Below, piece after piece: positions 49,813-60,270 of a stretch of DNA of 64,000 nt. Every line of letters begins with the position of its first letter. Within the stretch, counting starts at the first letter, position 1. Below the pieces are notes generated by a model that saw nothing but the letters and a program-made list of their open reading frames with translations, had not been told where the DNA came from and made no database searches. Position numbers and translations under genes: made by a program. The DNA is from a bacterium (GTDB lineage Bacteria; RBG-13-61-14; DATKZS01): NCBI GenBank assembly GCA_963674965.2, contig CAXXFL010000002.1, positions 704,686 to 768,685 of the forward strand, given 5' to 3'.

Positions 49813-50966
49813 TTGAGTGGTGACCGAAGGACCAGCAGGGTGACCTCGGCGGGACAAAAGAGGCGGACCGGCCAGCCCACCGTGCCCGTGCCCCTGGACA
49901 CGTAAAGCTTTCTTCCGTTCATCGAGTGGAGTCCCTGGCTGTACTTGAAGGTGAGGTCGGCCAGGCCGGGTCCGCCAAAGGGAAGCCGAAGCTGGCCTCC
50001 GTGGGTGTGTCCGGCCAGGGTCAGGGCCACCGGCGTCCCGTCCAACTTGGAAAAGGCGGAGGGCCGGTGGAGCATGAGGATAACGGGAACGCCGGCGGGA
50101 CAATGGGCCAGCGCGTCGCCTACTTTTTCGTCCCACGGGTCCTGGCCCGTCCATCCCTTCCCCGAGTCGTCCATGCCCGCCAGGGCCAGGCGGGCCCCCT
50201 TGGCCGAAAGGTCCACGCAACCTCCCCGCAGCATGGTGAAGCCGCGCTCCTCCATGCGCCCGGCCACTTCCCTCCTCCCGGTGTAGACGTCGTGGTTGCC
50301 GATAACGGCGAAGCGTCCCAGCCGGGGCTTGACCGCGTCCAGGCAGTCGGCGAAGACGTGAACGTAATCGGGATTGTGATCGACCATGTCGCCGGTCACG
50401 AGCAAAAGGTCGGGATTCAGGCTCGCCGCGACGTCGGCCACCCGCTGGAACTCGGACCTGGCGTTCCACCAGGCCACGTGAGTGTCCGACAATTGCACCA
50501 CCCTGAGACCGTCATCCTCGGCCGCCAATCCCGGTATCTCGACCTCCACCTCCTCGATGGAGGGGGCGAGGTTGATATCGTGCAGTCCCCATATCATCAG
50601 GACCGACCAGACGACGGCCATTGAAAGCGTGATCCATTTAAAAACCGCGATCAGTGCATCTCCTCCCAGGTGCGGCGACGCGTACCGGGCCAGCCAGACC
50701 ACCGGGGCCCAGAAAACCAAAAAGGTGAGCCAACTGAAATGCCAGGCGAAAACGGGCCGCACTATCCAGGCGGCGGCCCACTCGGGGGGCTGGCGCGCTC
50801 CGGACTGGAGCCACAAAACGTAGGGGATGGGGGCCGTAAAGATAGTGAAAAGCGCGGCGACCGGAACCGTCCAGCGGCCGGGAAGCTTGACGCCCCGGAT
50901 GAATAAAAAGGCCTCCAGCGCCTGGACGCCGGCAATAAAAATAAACGCGGCCGATCTCGCCAGCAT
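49809..50966 (-). CDS. Membrane-anchored metallophosphoesterase (YkuE/YaeI-like)
   Basis: SDTH, TGDMVD, GNHD, GHTHGGQ, SRGTG; N-terminal TMs. Confidence 0.9.
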   Translation of the reverse strand: MLARSAAFIFIAGVQALEAFLFIRGVKLPGRWTVPVAALFTIFTAPIPYVLWLQSGARQPPEWAAAWIVRPVFAWHFSWLTFLVFWAPVVWLARYASPHLGGDALIAVFKWITLSMAVVWSVLMIWGLHDINLAPSIEEVEVEIPGLAAEDDGLRVVQLSDTHVAWWNARSEFQRVADVAASLNPDLLLVTGDMVDHNPDYVHVFADCLDAVKPRLGRFAVIGNHDVYTGRREVAGRMEERGFTMLRGGCVDLSAKGARLALAGMDDSGKGWTGQDPWDEKVGDALAHCPAGVPVILMLHRPSAFSKLDGTPVALTLAGHTHGGQLRLPFGGPGLADLTFKYSQGLHSMNGRKLYVSRGTGTVGWPVRLFCPAEVTLLVLRSPLK

Positions 50967-50975
50967 CGCGGGGCC

Positions 50976-51650
50976 TCAGCTAAAGTCCCTGATGGCCTCG
51001 TACATACCCATCTCGGTCTCGACCACCTCGTCGGGCAGGGTCGTGATTTTGCCCACGCCCAGGCCCTGGAGTTTCAGCGACTCGACGTACACCCTGGCGG
51101 TCCTCTCGAGGAGGGCGCAGGCGGCGAAGGCCTTGCCCAGGTTCTTGCCCACGCAGACGTTGCCGTGGTTGGCTATCATGGCGGCGGCCTTTTGGCCCAG
51201 GGCGGCCACGACGTTGTCCGCGATTTCGTCCGAGCCCGACTGGCCGTATTCGCTGACCAGTATCTCCCCGCCCAGGTAAGGCACGAGTTCCTCGACGATG
51301 GGGGGAAGGTTAACGCGAAGCACGGACAAGATGGTGCAGTAAAGCGAGTGGGTATGGATGATGGCCATCACGTCCGGCCTGGCCTCGTAGATGGCCACGT
51401 GCATGGGCAGCTCGAAGCTGGCGGCGTTCTCGACCTCGATTACCTCGTCGCCCTCCCCGTCGCATACCACGATGTTTTCCGGCGCCAGCATCTCGTACTT
51501 GACGCTGGTCGGCGTGATAACGTACCTGTCCTCCTCGTCCGGGACCCTGACGCTGACGTTGCCCGCCGAGCCTGTCACCCAGCCCTGGATGGCCATGCGC
51601 TTGGCGTAATCGCACACCTGCTCGCGAATCCTTTCGTAACCTTCACTCAT
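50976..51650 (-). CDS. Class II aldolase/adducin family (fuculose-phosphate aldolase-like)
   Basis: GNVSVR, ITPTS, SFELPMH, HTHS, NHG. Confidence 0.9.
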   Translation of the reverse strand: MSEGYERIREQVCDYAKRMAIQGWVTGSAGNVSVRVPDEEDRYVITPTSVKYEMLAPENIVVCDGEGDEVIEVENAASFELPMHVAIYEARPDVMAIIHTHSLYCTILSVLRVNLPPIVEELVPYLGGEILVSEYGQSGSDEIADNVVAALGQKAAAMIANHGNVCVGKNLGKAFAACALLERTARVYVESLKLQGLGVGKITTLPDEVVETEMGMYEAIRDFS

Positions 51651-52007
51651 CTTTGCCCCCTTCAAAGTTATAAAACCGCTTTATCCTTTCGAGAAGTTTA
51701 CATTGTACTAAATCGTTTCCTTTATCTCCAAGCGCGAGACGCGTGGAGATGAAAAGCGCGCGCGGAGGTGGGGGACCTTTTGACAAAAAGCTCATTTTCC
51801 TTCAGGCAAAAGCCATACATGTTTCCATGTTTCTTGACACGCGCCGGTCCTGAGGATAATTTATTCAAATAACTCCGAATATTGGCGAGTAGACGATTCA
51901 CGAGTCAATTACCAGTAAAGAGAAGGGTTTTGGAAATCGTTTGCCCTCGGGCACTTGGCTCCCTCGCGGAGCGGATTGAAAAACATTTCCCGACGGAAAG
52001 GTAGACT

Positions 52008-52451
52008 ATGAAACTTAGCACCAAGGGCCACTACGGAATGCACGCCATGATGGACCTGGCCACGCGCTACGGCCAGGGCGCCGTGCTTCTTCGCGAGCTT
52101 TGCGAGAACCGGGGCTACTCCGAGAAATATCTCGAGCAACTTCTTCGCGTCCTGCGCCAGGCGGGCCTGGTAGAGAGCGTGAGGGGAGCCAAAGGCGGGT
52201 ACTGGCTGACCAGGCACCCTGATAAAATCTCCGTGCTCGAGATCGCCGAGGCCCTGGAGGGGGAAATCCATCAACTCCCGTCCAAGTGTAAAAGCGACTG
52301 CGTGAAAAGCGAGTCCTGTTCCATGCTCGAGCTTTGGTGGGACGCCACCGAGGCCATGCGCCGGGTGTTGACCACCAAGTCGCTTGGTGACCTCATATCG
52401 AGGCAAAAAGAGATGGACAGAAACGCCTCTCCCATTGATTACGAAATTTAG
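52008..52451 (+). CDS. Rrf2 family transcriptional regulator
   Basis: MKLSTKGHYG, YLEQL, SVRGAKGGY, three Cys (CKSDCVKSESC). Confidence 0.93.
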   Translation: MKLSTKGHYGMHAMMDLATRYGQGAVLLRELCENRGYSEKYLEQLLRVLRQAGLVESVRGAKGGYWLTRHPDKISVLEIAEALEGEIHQLPSKCKSDCVKSESCSMLELWWDATEAMRRVLTTKSLGDLISRQKEMDRNASPIDYEI

Positions 52452-52514
52452 CGGGTCCGTCCTCGCGATGAACGGGACCGGCTTGGCCCGCGCCAACTTG
52501 GCCAGGAGGAAATT

Positions 52515-53450
52515 TTGAGAATATTTAATGACGTAACCGAGACCGTCGGCGGCTCTCCCCTGGTGAGGCTCCGCGAGTTCAAGGCCGGCGCCAGCGCCGA
52601 GGTGCTGGTGAAGCTCGAGGGACAGAACCCGCTGGGATCGATCAAGGACCGGATAGCCCTGGCCATGGTGGAATCCGCGGAAAAGAGCGGGGCCTTGAGG
52701 AAAGGCGGCACGCTGGTCGAGCCGACCAGCGGGAACACCGGCGTGGGCCTGGCCATGGTCGCGGCGGCCAAGGGCTATAATCTCATTATCGCCATGCCCG
52801 ACACCATGAGCATGGAAAGAAGAAAGCTCCTGCTCGCCCTGGGCGCGGAGTTGGTCTTGACTCCCGGCAAGAGCGGCATGCCGGGGGCCATCGAGAAGGC
52901 CAGGGAGATAGCGAAGAAGACCGAGGGGGCGGTCATGCTCCACCAGTTCGAGAACCCGGCCAACCCGGCCGTGCACGAGCAAACCACGGCCGAGGAAATA
53001 TGGCGAGACACCGGCGGAAGCGTGGACGTGGTTGTGGCCGGCGTCGGCACGGGCGGGACCATTACCGGCGTGGCCAGGTCCCTTAAGAAAAAGAAGCCCG
53101 GCCTGCTGGCGGTGGCGGTCGAGCCCGAGGAGTCTCCCGTCCTCTCGGGCGGGGAGCCGGGTCCCCACAAGATTCAGGGCATTGGGGCGGGCTTCATACC
53201 CAAGGTTCTGGACCTGGGCTTGGTGGACGAGATAATCAAGGTCAAGAGCGACACGGCCGGTGAAACGGCCCGAAAGCTGGCCAAGGAGGAAGGCATCCTG
53301 GTGGGCATCAGCTCGGGCGCGGCGGCCTGGGCGGCCCTCGAGGTGGCCAGGAGAAAGGAAAGCAGGAACAAGACCATCGTGGCCATCCTGCCGGACTCGG
53401 GGGAAAGATACCTCTCGACCTGGCTCTTCGATTTCATGACCTCGCCCTAG
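52515..53450 (+). CDS. cysK: Cysteine synthase A
   Basis: [43 protein letters not shown]. Confidence 0.97.
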   Translation: MRIFNDVTETVGGSPLVRLREFKAGASAEVLVKLEGQNPLGSIKDRIALAMVESAEKSGALRKGGTLVEPTSGNTGVGLAMVAAAKGYNLIIAMPDTMSMERRKLLLALGAELVLTPGKSGMPGAIEKAREIAKKTEGAVMLHQFENPANPAVHEQTTAEEIWRDTGGSVDVVVAGVGTGGTITGVARSLKKKKPGLLAVAVEPEESPVLSGGEPGPHKIQGIGAGFIPKVLDLGLVDEIIKVKSDTAGETARKLAKEEGILVGISSGAAAWAALEVARRKESRNKTIVAILPDSGERYLSTWLFDFMTSP

Positions 53451-53468
53451 CCCGGAAGTAAAATCCCG

Positions 53469-54386
53469 TCATTCCAGCCTGACCCGAGGATCGAGCAGGC
53501 TGTAAACCACGTCCACCACCATGTTCATAATGACGATCAAGGTGGTGTAGACCAGAGTCACTCCCATTATCAGCGGATAGTCGCGGTTGGTCACGGCGGT
53601 GATGAAAAACTGCCCCATCCCGGGCACGGAGAAGATTTTTTCCACGATAAACGACCCCGTCACCAGCATGGCCACGAGGGGACCCACCACCGTGACCACC
53701 GGTCCCATCGAGTTGCGAAGAGCGTGCTTCAAAATGACTTTGGCCCCCGAAAGACCCTTGGCCCGGGCGGTCCTGACGTAATCCTTGGCCAAGACCTCGA
53801 GCATGGAGGACCTGGTCAGGCGGGCCAGGTAGGAAGCCGGTCCCAGGCCGAGGGCGAGGGCGGGAAGCACGGCGTGTCTTGGCGTTTCCCAAAGGGCGGC
53901 CGGAAAAATCCTGAGCTTGAAGGAAAACAGCCATATAAAGAAGGCCCCCAGCACGAAGGACGGAATGGCTATGCCCAGGCTGGCGCCGAATATTGACAGG
54001 CGGTCGATCACGGTGTCCCTTTTAACCGCGCTTATAACGCCGGCCGACACGCCAAAAGTAACGCTTATCAGGAGGGCGAGAAGGCCCAATTTGGCGGAGA
54101 CCGGAAAGGTGTCCATCAGGATGTGCTGTACCCTTCTGTTCCTGTACTTGAAGCTGGGACCCAGGTCTCCTTTTAACAGCTCGGACATATAGTCGTAATA
54201 CTGCACGTAAACGGGATCGTTCAGATGATACTTGGCGTCGATGTTCTTTTGTATCTCGGGCGGATGTATCTTTTCCGTGTCGAAGGGCCCGCCGGGCACC
54301 TTTCGCATCAGGAAAAAGGTCAGCGTGGCCACGGCGAAGATCACCAGAACTCCGCTTATCAGTCTTTTAACGAGGAACCAGGCCAA
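53469..54386 (-). CDS. oppB: Oligopeptide ABC transporter permease
   Basis: PGGPF, GDLGPS, DYVRTARAKGL, IVEKIFSVPGMG, NRDYP. Confidence 0.92.
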   Translation of the reverse strand: MAWFLVKRLISGVLVIFAVATLTFFLMRKVPGGPFDTEKIHPPEIQKNIDAKYHLNDPVYVQYYDYMSELLKGDLGPSFKYRNRRVQHILMDTFPVSAKLGLLALLISVTFGVSAGVISAVKRDTVIDRLSIFGASLGIAIPSFVLGAFFIWLFSFKLRIFPAALWETPRHAVLPALALGLGPASYLARLTRSSMLEVLAKDYVRTARAKGLSGAKVILKHALRNSMGPVVTVVGPLVAMLVTGSFIVEKIFSVPGMGQFFITAVTNRDYPLIMGVTLVYTTLIVIMNMVVDVVYSLLDPRVRLE

Positions 54387-54390
54387 GTTC

Positions 54391-56010
54391 TTAATCCTCG
54401 ATGGTTGTCCTTCTCAGGTCGAGAAGGTCCATGGCGTTTTGGGGAAAATTCTTGACGCGCGGATTGACCACCATGTTGATGGTATAGGTGTAAAGAGGTA
54501 TCACGGCGGCGTCCTCCTTGCAGAGCAGAAGCTGGGCCCGGTCGTAAAGCTCCTGGCGCCTCGCCGGCTCCTTTTCCACCGAGGCCTCGAGCACCAGCTT
54601 GTCGTACTCCTGGGACTTCCACCTGGTGTGGTTGTTGCCCGAGTTGGAAAGCCAGACCGACATGATGGCGTCGGGGTCGGGATAATCCATGATCCAGCCG
54701 AGCCTCCACACGTGGGGCGGGTCGTGCTGGAGCTCCTTTAAAAACACCTTCCACTCCATGTTGCGAAGCTCGACCTGGATGCCCAGGTTCTCGTTCCACT
54801 GCTGCTGCACCAGCTCGGCGATCATCTTGTGCGACTCCTGGGTGTTGTATCCGATGGTGATGGCGGGAAAGTCCTTTCCCCCCGGGTACCCGGCCTCGGC
54901 CAGCAGCGCCCTCGCCTTGTCCGGGTCGAAATCGTAACCCAGGCCCGGGTTGTCGTACTTCATGCCGATGGGTATGACCGTGGCGTTCGGAAGCTGATGC
55001 CCCTTCAGGACGCGCGGCAGTTGGGAGCGGTCGATGGCGCTGGCCAGGGCCGCCCTTACCAGCGGATCGTCCACCGGGGGCCGGGTCACGTTGAAACCGT
55101 AATAATAGCAGGCGTTATAAGGATAATTCACGTACTCGGGCCGGTCCTCGTAGGACGGGATGGAGGGAGGCGGCATGGGATTGACCGCGTCCAGGTCGCC
55201 CGTCTCGTAAAGGGAAAGAGCGGTCGAGTCCTCGTTGACCATGTAAAAAATCACGCTGTCCAGGCCGGGACAAAACCCGTAATACGACAAGTTCCTGGTC
55301 AGCGTCATCCTGTACTCATGGCGCCACTCGACGAGCTTGTAGGGGCCGCAGGTGATTATGTTTTCCGGTTCCGTCCAGGCGTCGCCGTGCTTTTCCACCG
55401 CGTCCCTTCGCATGGGGAAGGTGCAGATAAAGGTTGTGATCATGGGAAAGTACACCACGGGCCGGCAGAGCCTGACCTCGAGGGTCTTGTCGTCCAGGGC
55501 CTTGATCCCCAATCTGGACGGGTCCTTGATCTCCCCCGAGTTGATGGCCTCGGCGTTCTCCACCATGAAGATGAAGTAGGCGTACTCCCCCGCGGTGGCG
55601 GGATCGAGCAACCTTTGCCAGGCGTAGACGAAGTCGTCCGCCGTGACGGGCCTCCCGTCCGTCCATCTCGCGTTCCTTCTGAGATGGAAGACGTAGCGCT
55701 TTCCCTCCTCGCTCACCTCCCAGCTTTCGGCCAGTCCCGGGATGGGGTTCAGGTCCTCGTCGAAACGGGTCAATCCCTCCATGATATTGTCGACCACCAT
55801 GATCGAGGAATGATCCGTGGCTATGCTCCAGTCGAGGGATGGCGGCTCGGTGTGGATATTGTACCTCAGGGCGCCCGATGAGTCGCCCTTCCCTCCCCTG
55901 CAGCCCGATTGAAGCGCGTTGGCTGAAATGACAACGCATAAGGCGGCCATGGCCAAGCCGGCCGGGTGAAAATATTTTTTGGATCCCATCAAGACGCCTT
56001 CACTCATCAT
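54391..56010 (-). CDS. oppA: Oligopeptide ABC transporter substrate-binding lipoprotein
   Basis: LQSGC, EPPSLD, PGLAESW, WTDGRPVTADDFVYAWQR, GWIMDYPDP. Confidence 0.92.
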   Translation of the reverse strand: MMSEGVLMGSKKYFHPAGLAMAALCVVISANALQSGCRGGKGDSSGALRYNIHTEPPSLDWSIATDHSSIMVVDNIMEGLTRFDEDLNPIPGLAESWEVSEEGKRYVFHLRRNARWTDGRPVTADDFVYAWQRLLDPATAGEYAYFIFMVENAEAINSGEIKDPSRLGIKALDDKTLEVRLCRPVVYFPMITTFICTFPMRRDAVEKHGDAWTEPENIITCGPYKLVEWRHEYRMTLTRNLSYYGFCPGLDSVIFYMVNEDSTALSLYETGDLDAVNPMPPPSIPSYEDRPEYVNYPYNACYYYGFNVTRPPVDDPLVRAALASAIDRSQLPRVLKGHQLPNATVIPIGMKYDNPGLGYDFDPDKARALLAEAGYPGGKDFPAITIGYNTQESHKMIAELVQQQWNENLGIQVELRNMEWKVFLKELQHDPPHVWRLGWIMDYPDPDAIMSVWLSNSGNNHTRWKSQEYDKLVLEASVEKEPARRQELYDRAQLLLCKEDAAVIPLYTYTINMVVNPRVKNFPQNAMDLLDLRRTTIED

Positions 56011-57784
56011 TGCCCGGTGGGGAGACGGGAGAACCGGTACCTTCCCTCCCGCCGCGGCAATCTTTCAGTCTGGCCTTATAATACTCCAGCTTGCCGTCGT
56101 CCTTCAAAGGTCCCTGGTAAAGCATGATTATTTTCTCCAGAGCGTAATCATTTTCCGGATTGAAGGAGAGGGATTTGAGATAGCCGGCCAGGGCCGCGTC
56201 CCACTGCTCCTTTTTGAAGTAATAATCGCCCATCAGTTGGTGGTGCATGGCCATGTGCTTTTTGGCGAGTTCTTCCTTTCCCAGTCCTTTCAGCGTCATG
56301 GCCACCTGGTACCTGACGGTGGCGGAGTCGGGGTTGACCCGGGCGGCGTTTTCCAGGGAGGACACGATCTTGGGGTTGTTCCTCTCCCAGGGCCTGCGGC
56401 CCATGTATTTTCCGAACCGTATATAGCCGTAGGAAGCGGCCCAGGGGTTATGCTTTGCCTCCCATTCCATGAGTTCCTCGTACCTCTGGATGGCCGCGAC
56501 CTCATTGACGTTGATCGAGAGCCAGGGACCGGCCGCGGCCATGGCGAAGGCCATGACCGGCCATCCGACCTGGGCCATGAGGCGCTTTCCCTTCAGTTGG
56601 CTCTGAATCTTGAGCGCCATCCAGGGCGTGAAGAACAAGGACGGAGTGGAGAACAGGTCCCAGTCCAGCGCCGGGCCGATGACGGGCCTGAGGAAGAAGA
56701 AAAAGACCAGCATGGTCAAGGAGGCCGCGCCGGCAAAAAGGATGAGCGCGTCGGTTTGTTTTTCCTTCTCGACCTTGCCCTCGCCGCTTCCGAATAAAAG
56801 CGCGAGGGGAAGCGTCAATAACATGGCGGGCGAGGACAGGAGGATTTGATTGAGAAATCCCGCCAGATGATAAGCGCTGAAAATGGCGCCCGGCTTGACG
56901 AAAATTTTCGCCGGCCCTCCATAGTGGTCGTCCAGGATACCGACGACAAAGACGCCGAAAGCGGCCAGGGCCAGGCCGGCGGCGGCGAGTATTTTCTTAT
57001 TGGGCCTCCAGGCGCCGCCCCGGATCATCGAGTAAAAGAGCGCGGGCAAGGCAAGGACCATGAAGTAGTGGAGTCCTATCGACACGATGAAGACGGCGGC
57101 CAGGACCCATCCCCTTATCTTCCCCCTCGCGAAAAGCTCGACCGCCAGGAGAAGAACGTATACGCCCGCCGCGAGAAAAACGTAGTTCTCCACGTAGCCG
57201 AAAAAATAAATGAACGTGCCCGCGCAAAGCGTCGCGATCACCAGGAACCAGCGCTCGCCCGAGTTAACGGCCCGGAGTGAGGCCAGTTTCCACAGGGCGG
57301 CGAAGGCCAGGCCCGCGGCGATGGGCGTGCTTTGCCGCCAGGTCAGCCAGGCCGCGTCCCATGAGGCCTGCCTTGAAAACAGGCCCGCCTTATAAAGCAG
57401 AATATGGAAGATCATGTCCAGGGGGGCCGGCTGGTCCCGGAGGCTTTTAAAACCCGCCAGGGTGGCCTCGACGCGGTCGACGCCGTCGCCAAGAAGGGGG
57501 ACCCCGATCTTGGGATGCAAAAAGGTCACGATAAAAAAAACAAGGCCGGCGGCCCAGGCGGGAAAGTCTCTTTTCCCCGACTCCCAGGTCTTATGAAAAC
57601 GGTCGGGAAACGCGAAGGGGACGAGACACGTCAGTCCCAGGGCGGTCCAGGCAAGCACCCTGTACCAGGCCAGGTAGCGAAGGGAGTTGACTCCCCAAAA
57701 GGGCCCGGCCTGATCTATAAAGGCCAGACGGGCGGCCAGCAGAAAAACCGCGGCGGCGGCAGCCTTTTTCCCCGGCCCGTCCAT
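56000..57784 (-). CDS. Polytopic membrane protein with C-terminal TPRs (possible GT-C fold glycosyltransferase)
   Basis: More than ten TMs; LLGDG, FFGYVENY, DWDLF; TPR tail. Confidence 0.65.
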   Translation of the reverse strand: MDGPGKKAAAAAVFLLAARLAFIDQAGPFWGVNSLRYLAWYRVLAWTALGLTCLVPFAFPDRFHKTWESGKRDFPAWAAGLVFFIVTFLHPKIGVPLLGDGVDRVEATLAGFKSLRDQPAPLDMIFHILLYKAGLFSRQASWDAAWLTWRQSTPIAAGLAFAALWKLASLRAVNSGERWFLVIATLCAGTFIYFFGYVENYVFLAAGVYVLLLAVELFARGKIRGWVLAAVFIVSIGLHYFMVLALPALFYSMIRGGAWRPNKKILAAAGLALAAFGVFVVGILDDHYGGPAKIFVKPGAIFSAYHLAGFLNQILLSSPAMLLTLPLALLFGSGEGKVEKEKQTDALILFAGAASLTMLVFFFFLRPVIGPALDWDLFSTPSLFFTPWMALKIQSQLKGKRLMAQVGWPVMAFAMAAAGPWLSINVNEVAAIQRYEELMEWEAKHNPWAASYGYIRFGKYMGRRPWERNNPKIVSSLENAARVNPDSATVRYQVAMTLKGLGKEELAKKHMAMHHQLMGDYYFKKEQWDAALAGYLKSLSFNPENDYALEKIIMLYQGPLKDDGKLEYYKARLKDCRGGREGTGSPVSPPGNDE

Positions 57785-57791
57785 AAGCTTG

Positions 57792-60074
57792 TCAGGGCAA
57801 GGCGGGAGTCGGCCCCGCGTTTAAAAGCTCCCTTTCCATCTCGGCTTTCTTGGTCTGGCATGCCTTATAGTCCGGAGCGAGGCGAAGACACTCGTTATAA
57901 GCGTCCAGTGATTCTTTGAGCATGTTCTCCTTTTCCAAGGCCTTGCCGAAGAAGTATCTGAGCTGTACGTCGGTCGGGTTTATCGAGATGGCCTTTTGGA
58001 TGTAGGGCAAGCCTTCCCTTCCTCTGCCCATGAGATCAAGAATCAAGTACATATTGAAATAAGCCTTGTAAAGCTCGGGATTGTACTTCACCGCCAACTT
58101 GTACGCCTCGAGCGCCTTCTCCAGGAATTGCTCCCTTTTCTTCGGGTCCTCTTCCATCCTTCCCAGTTTCATGAGCGTGCTTCCCATGTCGTTGAAGCTC
58201 TCGCCGTTTTTGTAGATTTTAGTGGCGTTCTCGAAGAAGACGGCGGCTCTATTAAGGTAATAAATTTCTTTTTCCCGGTCTCTTTTCTGGCCGGCTATGT
58301 CGGCGTAGGTGTAATTGATGGTCCCCAGGTTGTGCCAGGCCTTGTAGTAGGTGTTCTCGACCCGGATGCCCCACATGTAAAGCTGCTCCGCCCTTTTAAG
58401 TCCGTTCATGTAAAGCTCGTCCAGGGTCTTTCTGGTCTCGGCGTTTATAGGTCCCACCGGCGCCACCTCGCGGAATATCTGGTTGATGGTCATGGCCTCT
58501 TCCTTGCTGATGGCGCCGTCTTGCCCTATGTCGCCCCCCGAGGTCAGGTCTCTTCCGCCCCGATAGTAGGCGTTACCCAGGTCCGAGACGACCTGGGCCT
58601 TGGTCGGGCTCTTCAGGATGGAGTCCCTCCACACGGTGAGGTCCGTGTGCCACGTGAAGTTTCTGGCCACGGTCAAAGATACGAAGACCAGCGCTATGGC
58701 GATGGCGAAAAACTGCACCGACGCCGGCCATATGTCGTCCTTTTTTCCCGCCTTCCCTTTTAGCATGGCCGCCGTTCGATCCAGAAGTCCCACGATCAAA
58801 AGGCAGGCGCCCAAGGAGGGAAGGTACATGCGGTGCTCGTTCATAACGGCGTTAAGAGGCACCAGAGTGGTTATGGAGAGCACTATGAAAAACATGAAGA
58901 TCGTAAAACTGATCACGGGATGCCGGCGGTGGAAAATGATCGCGAAGGCCAAAATACCGGCGAGGAGGATCATGGACGGCAGTATCATTCCCACGAAGGG
59001 GTTTTCCGTGAACTGATCCATGGTGAACAGGAGTATCCGGTTCTCGTAGCTGATGTTCTGATGAAAGGGAAAGAACATAAGCCGGATGTATTTGACCAGC
59101 ACCGGCATCTGGGAAATGAAATTGTCGGACAAGGGCCGCACCGTGCGCTCGACCACGGTGTGACCCATAAGGAGCATCCTGTACCCGATGTAGCCGACCC
59201 ATACGCCGGCAAGGGGAAGGTACCAGAATAAGAGGCGCCTGGCCAGGGGAATCTTGTCCTTGTTCACGGGATAGATGAACAGGTAATCGATCACCACCAG
59301 GAGGGCCGGAGTGGTAAAGGCCAACTCCTTGGTCAACAGCCCCAGGGCGAAGCTGACGAAGCTGGCTATAGCCAGGCCCATCCGGTCCTCCCGCATGGAC
59401 CGGGCGAAGAAGTACATGGTTAAGAGCATCCAGAAAACGGTGAAGCTTTCGCTTCGACAGTTGATATAGTTGACCGACTCCGTGTTGATGGGATGAACGG
59501 CGAAGAGTATGGCCGTCAATAAAGCGATTCTTGGTCGTCCCGACAGATGGGAAAGGCCAGCGTAAACGATGATGACGTTGACCAGATGAATGATTATATT
59601 GACCAGGACCCAGCTCCACGGCTCGTAGTTGGTCCACATATAGTTGAGACCGAAGGTAAACATGAGAAGGGGCCTCGGCATGGCCACGTTCGGTCTCGAG
59701 CTGAAAAGGTCGGGCTCGTAGAAATATCTGTATAGAAGGCTTCTCGACTCGGGGTTCTTGGTCCACTCGACCCTGACCCCGAGGTTCTGTAAAAGCGAGT
59801 GAATGTCGTCGTAGTGGAAACCGTTTCTCACGGAATTGAGATAGACCACCGAGACAATGGCCACCAGAAGAGCTATGCCGAGTGGGTGAATGGGGGCATA
59901 GCCCAGGATGCCTTTTCTCCCGCTTTTTTCTTCATCCTTGGCCTCGATACCCGCCTTGGCCAGGACGTCCTTGACCTCTCCGGGTTTGATCCCCAGCTCG
60001 GCGGCTATTTTTCCCACCGCGAGGTTCGGGTAAGCTTTCAGGATATAAGCGCGGTCCTTTTTGCTGACTGCCAT
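57792..60074 (-). CDS. TMTC-like transmembrane O-mannosyltransferase homologue with TPRs
   Basis: GFHYDD, RPL, LFAVHPINTESV...RSE, KE, EHRMYLPS, RNFTW, then TPRs. Confidence 0.85.
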   Translation of the reverse strand: MAVSKKDRAYILKAYPNLAVGKIAAELGIKPGEVKDVLAKAGIEAKDEEKSGRKGILGYAPIHPLGIALLVAIVSVVYLNSVRNGFHYDDIHSLLQNLGVRVEWTKNPESRSLLYRYFYEPDLFSSRPNVAMPRPLLMFTFGLNYMWTNYEPWSWVLVNIIIHLVNVIIVYAGLSHLSGRPRIALLTAILFAVHPINTESVNYINCRSESFTVFWMLLTMYFFARSMREDRMGLAIASFVSFALGLLTKELAFTTPALLVVIDYLFIYPVNKDKIPLARRLLFWYLPLAGVWVGYIGYRMLLMGHTVVERTVRPLSDNFISQMPVLVKYIRLMFFPFHQNISYENRILLFTMDQFTENPFVGMILPSMILLAGILAFAIIFHRRHPVISFTIFMFFIVLSITTLVPLNAVMNEHRMYLPSLGACLLIVGLLDRTAAMLKGKAGKKDDIWPASVQFFAIAIALVFVSLTVARNFTWHTDLTVWRDSILKSPTKAQVVSDLGNAYYRGGRDLTSGGDIGQDGAISKEEAMTINQIFREVAPVGPINAETRKTLDELYMNGLKRAEQLYMWGIRVENTYYKAWHNLGTINYTYADIAGQKRDREKEIYYLNRAAVFFENATKIYKNGESFNDMGSTLMKLGRMEEDPKKREQFLEKALEAYKLAVKYNPELYKAYFNMYLILDLMGRGREGLPYIQKAISINPTDVQLRYFFGKALEKENMLKESLDAYNECLRLAPDYKACQTKKAEMERELLNAGPTPALP

Positions 60075-60270
60075 ATTACGATTCTCCGGTATTCAGATAG
60101 TTTTCCTTAAAGGATTTATTTTTATCATAGTTGCCCGCTTTTGGCTAGCCGCTTTTGGATTAACCTAGCCGTAATGGCCGGACTGGCGTCTTTATTGGCC
60201 CGCGCCAGCGATCGTTGCCCGGCTAAATCCGTTGTTCTTTCAAGCGGGTCTGTGATACTTTGATAACTCC

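Noticed and set aside
49813..50469. Apparent N-terminal extension of the EamA ORF to 505 aa
   Set aside because: It overlaps the metallophosphoesterase in another frame and is Arg/Gly-rich noise; the ATG at 49812 is coupled to the upstream stop
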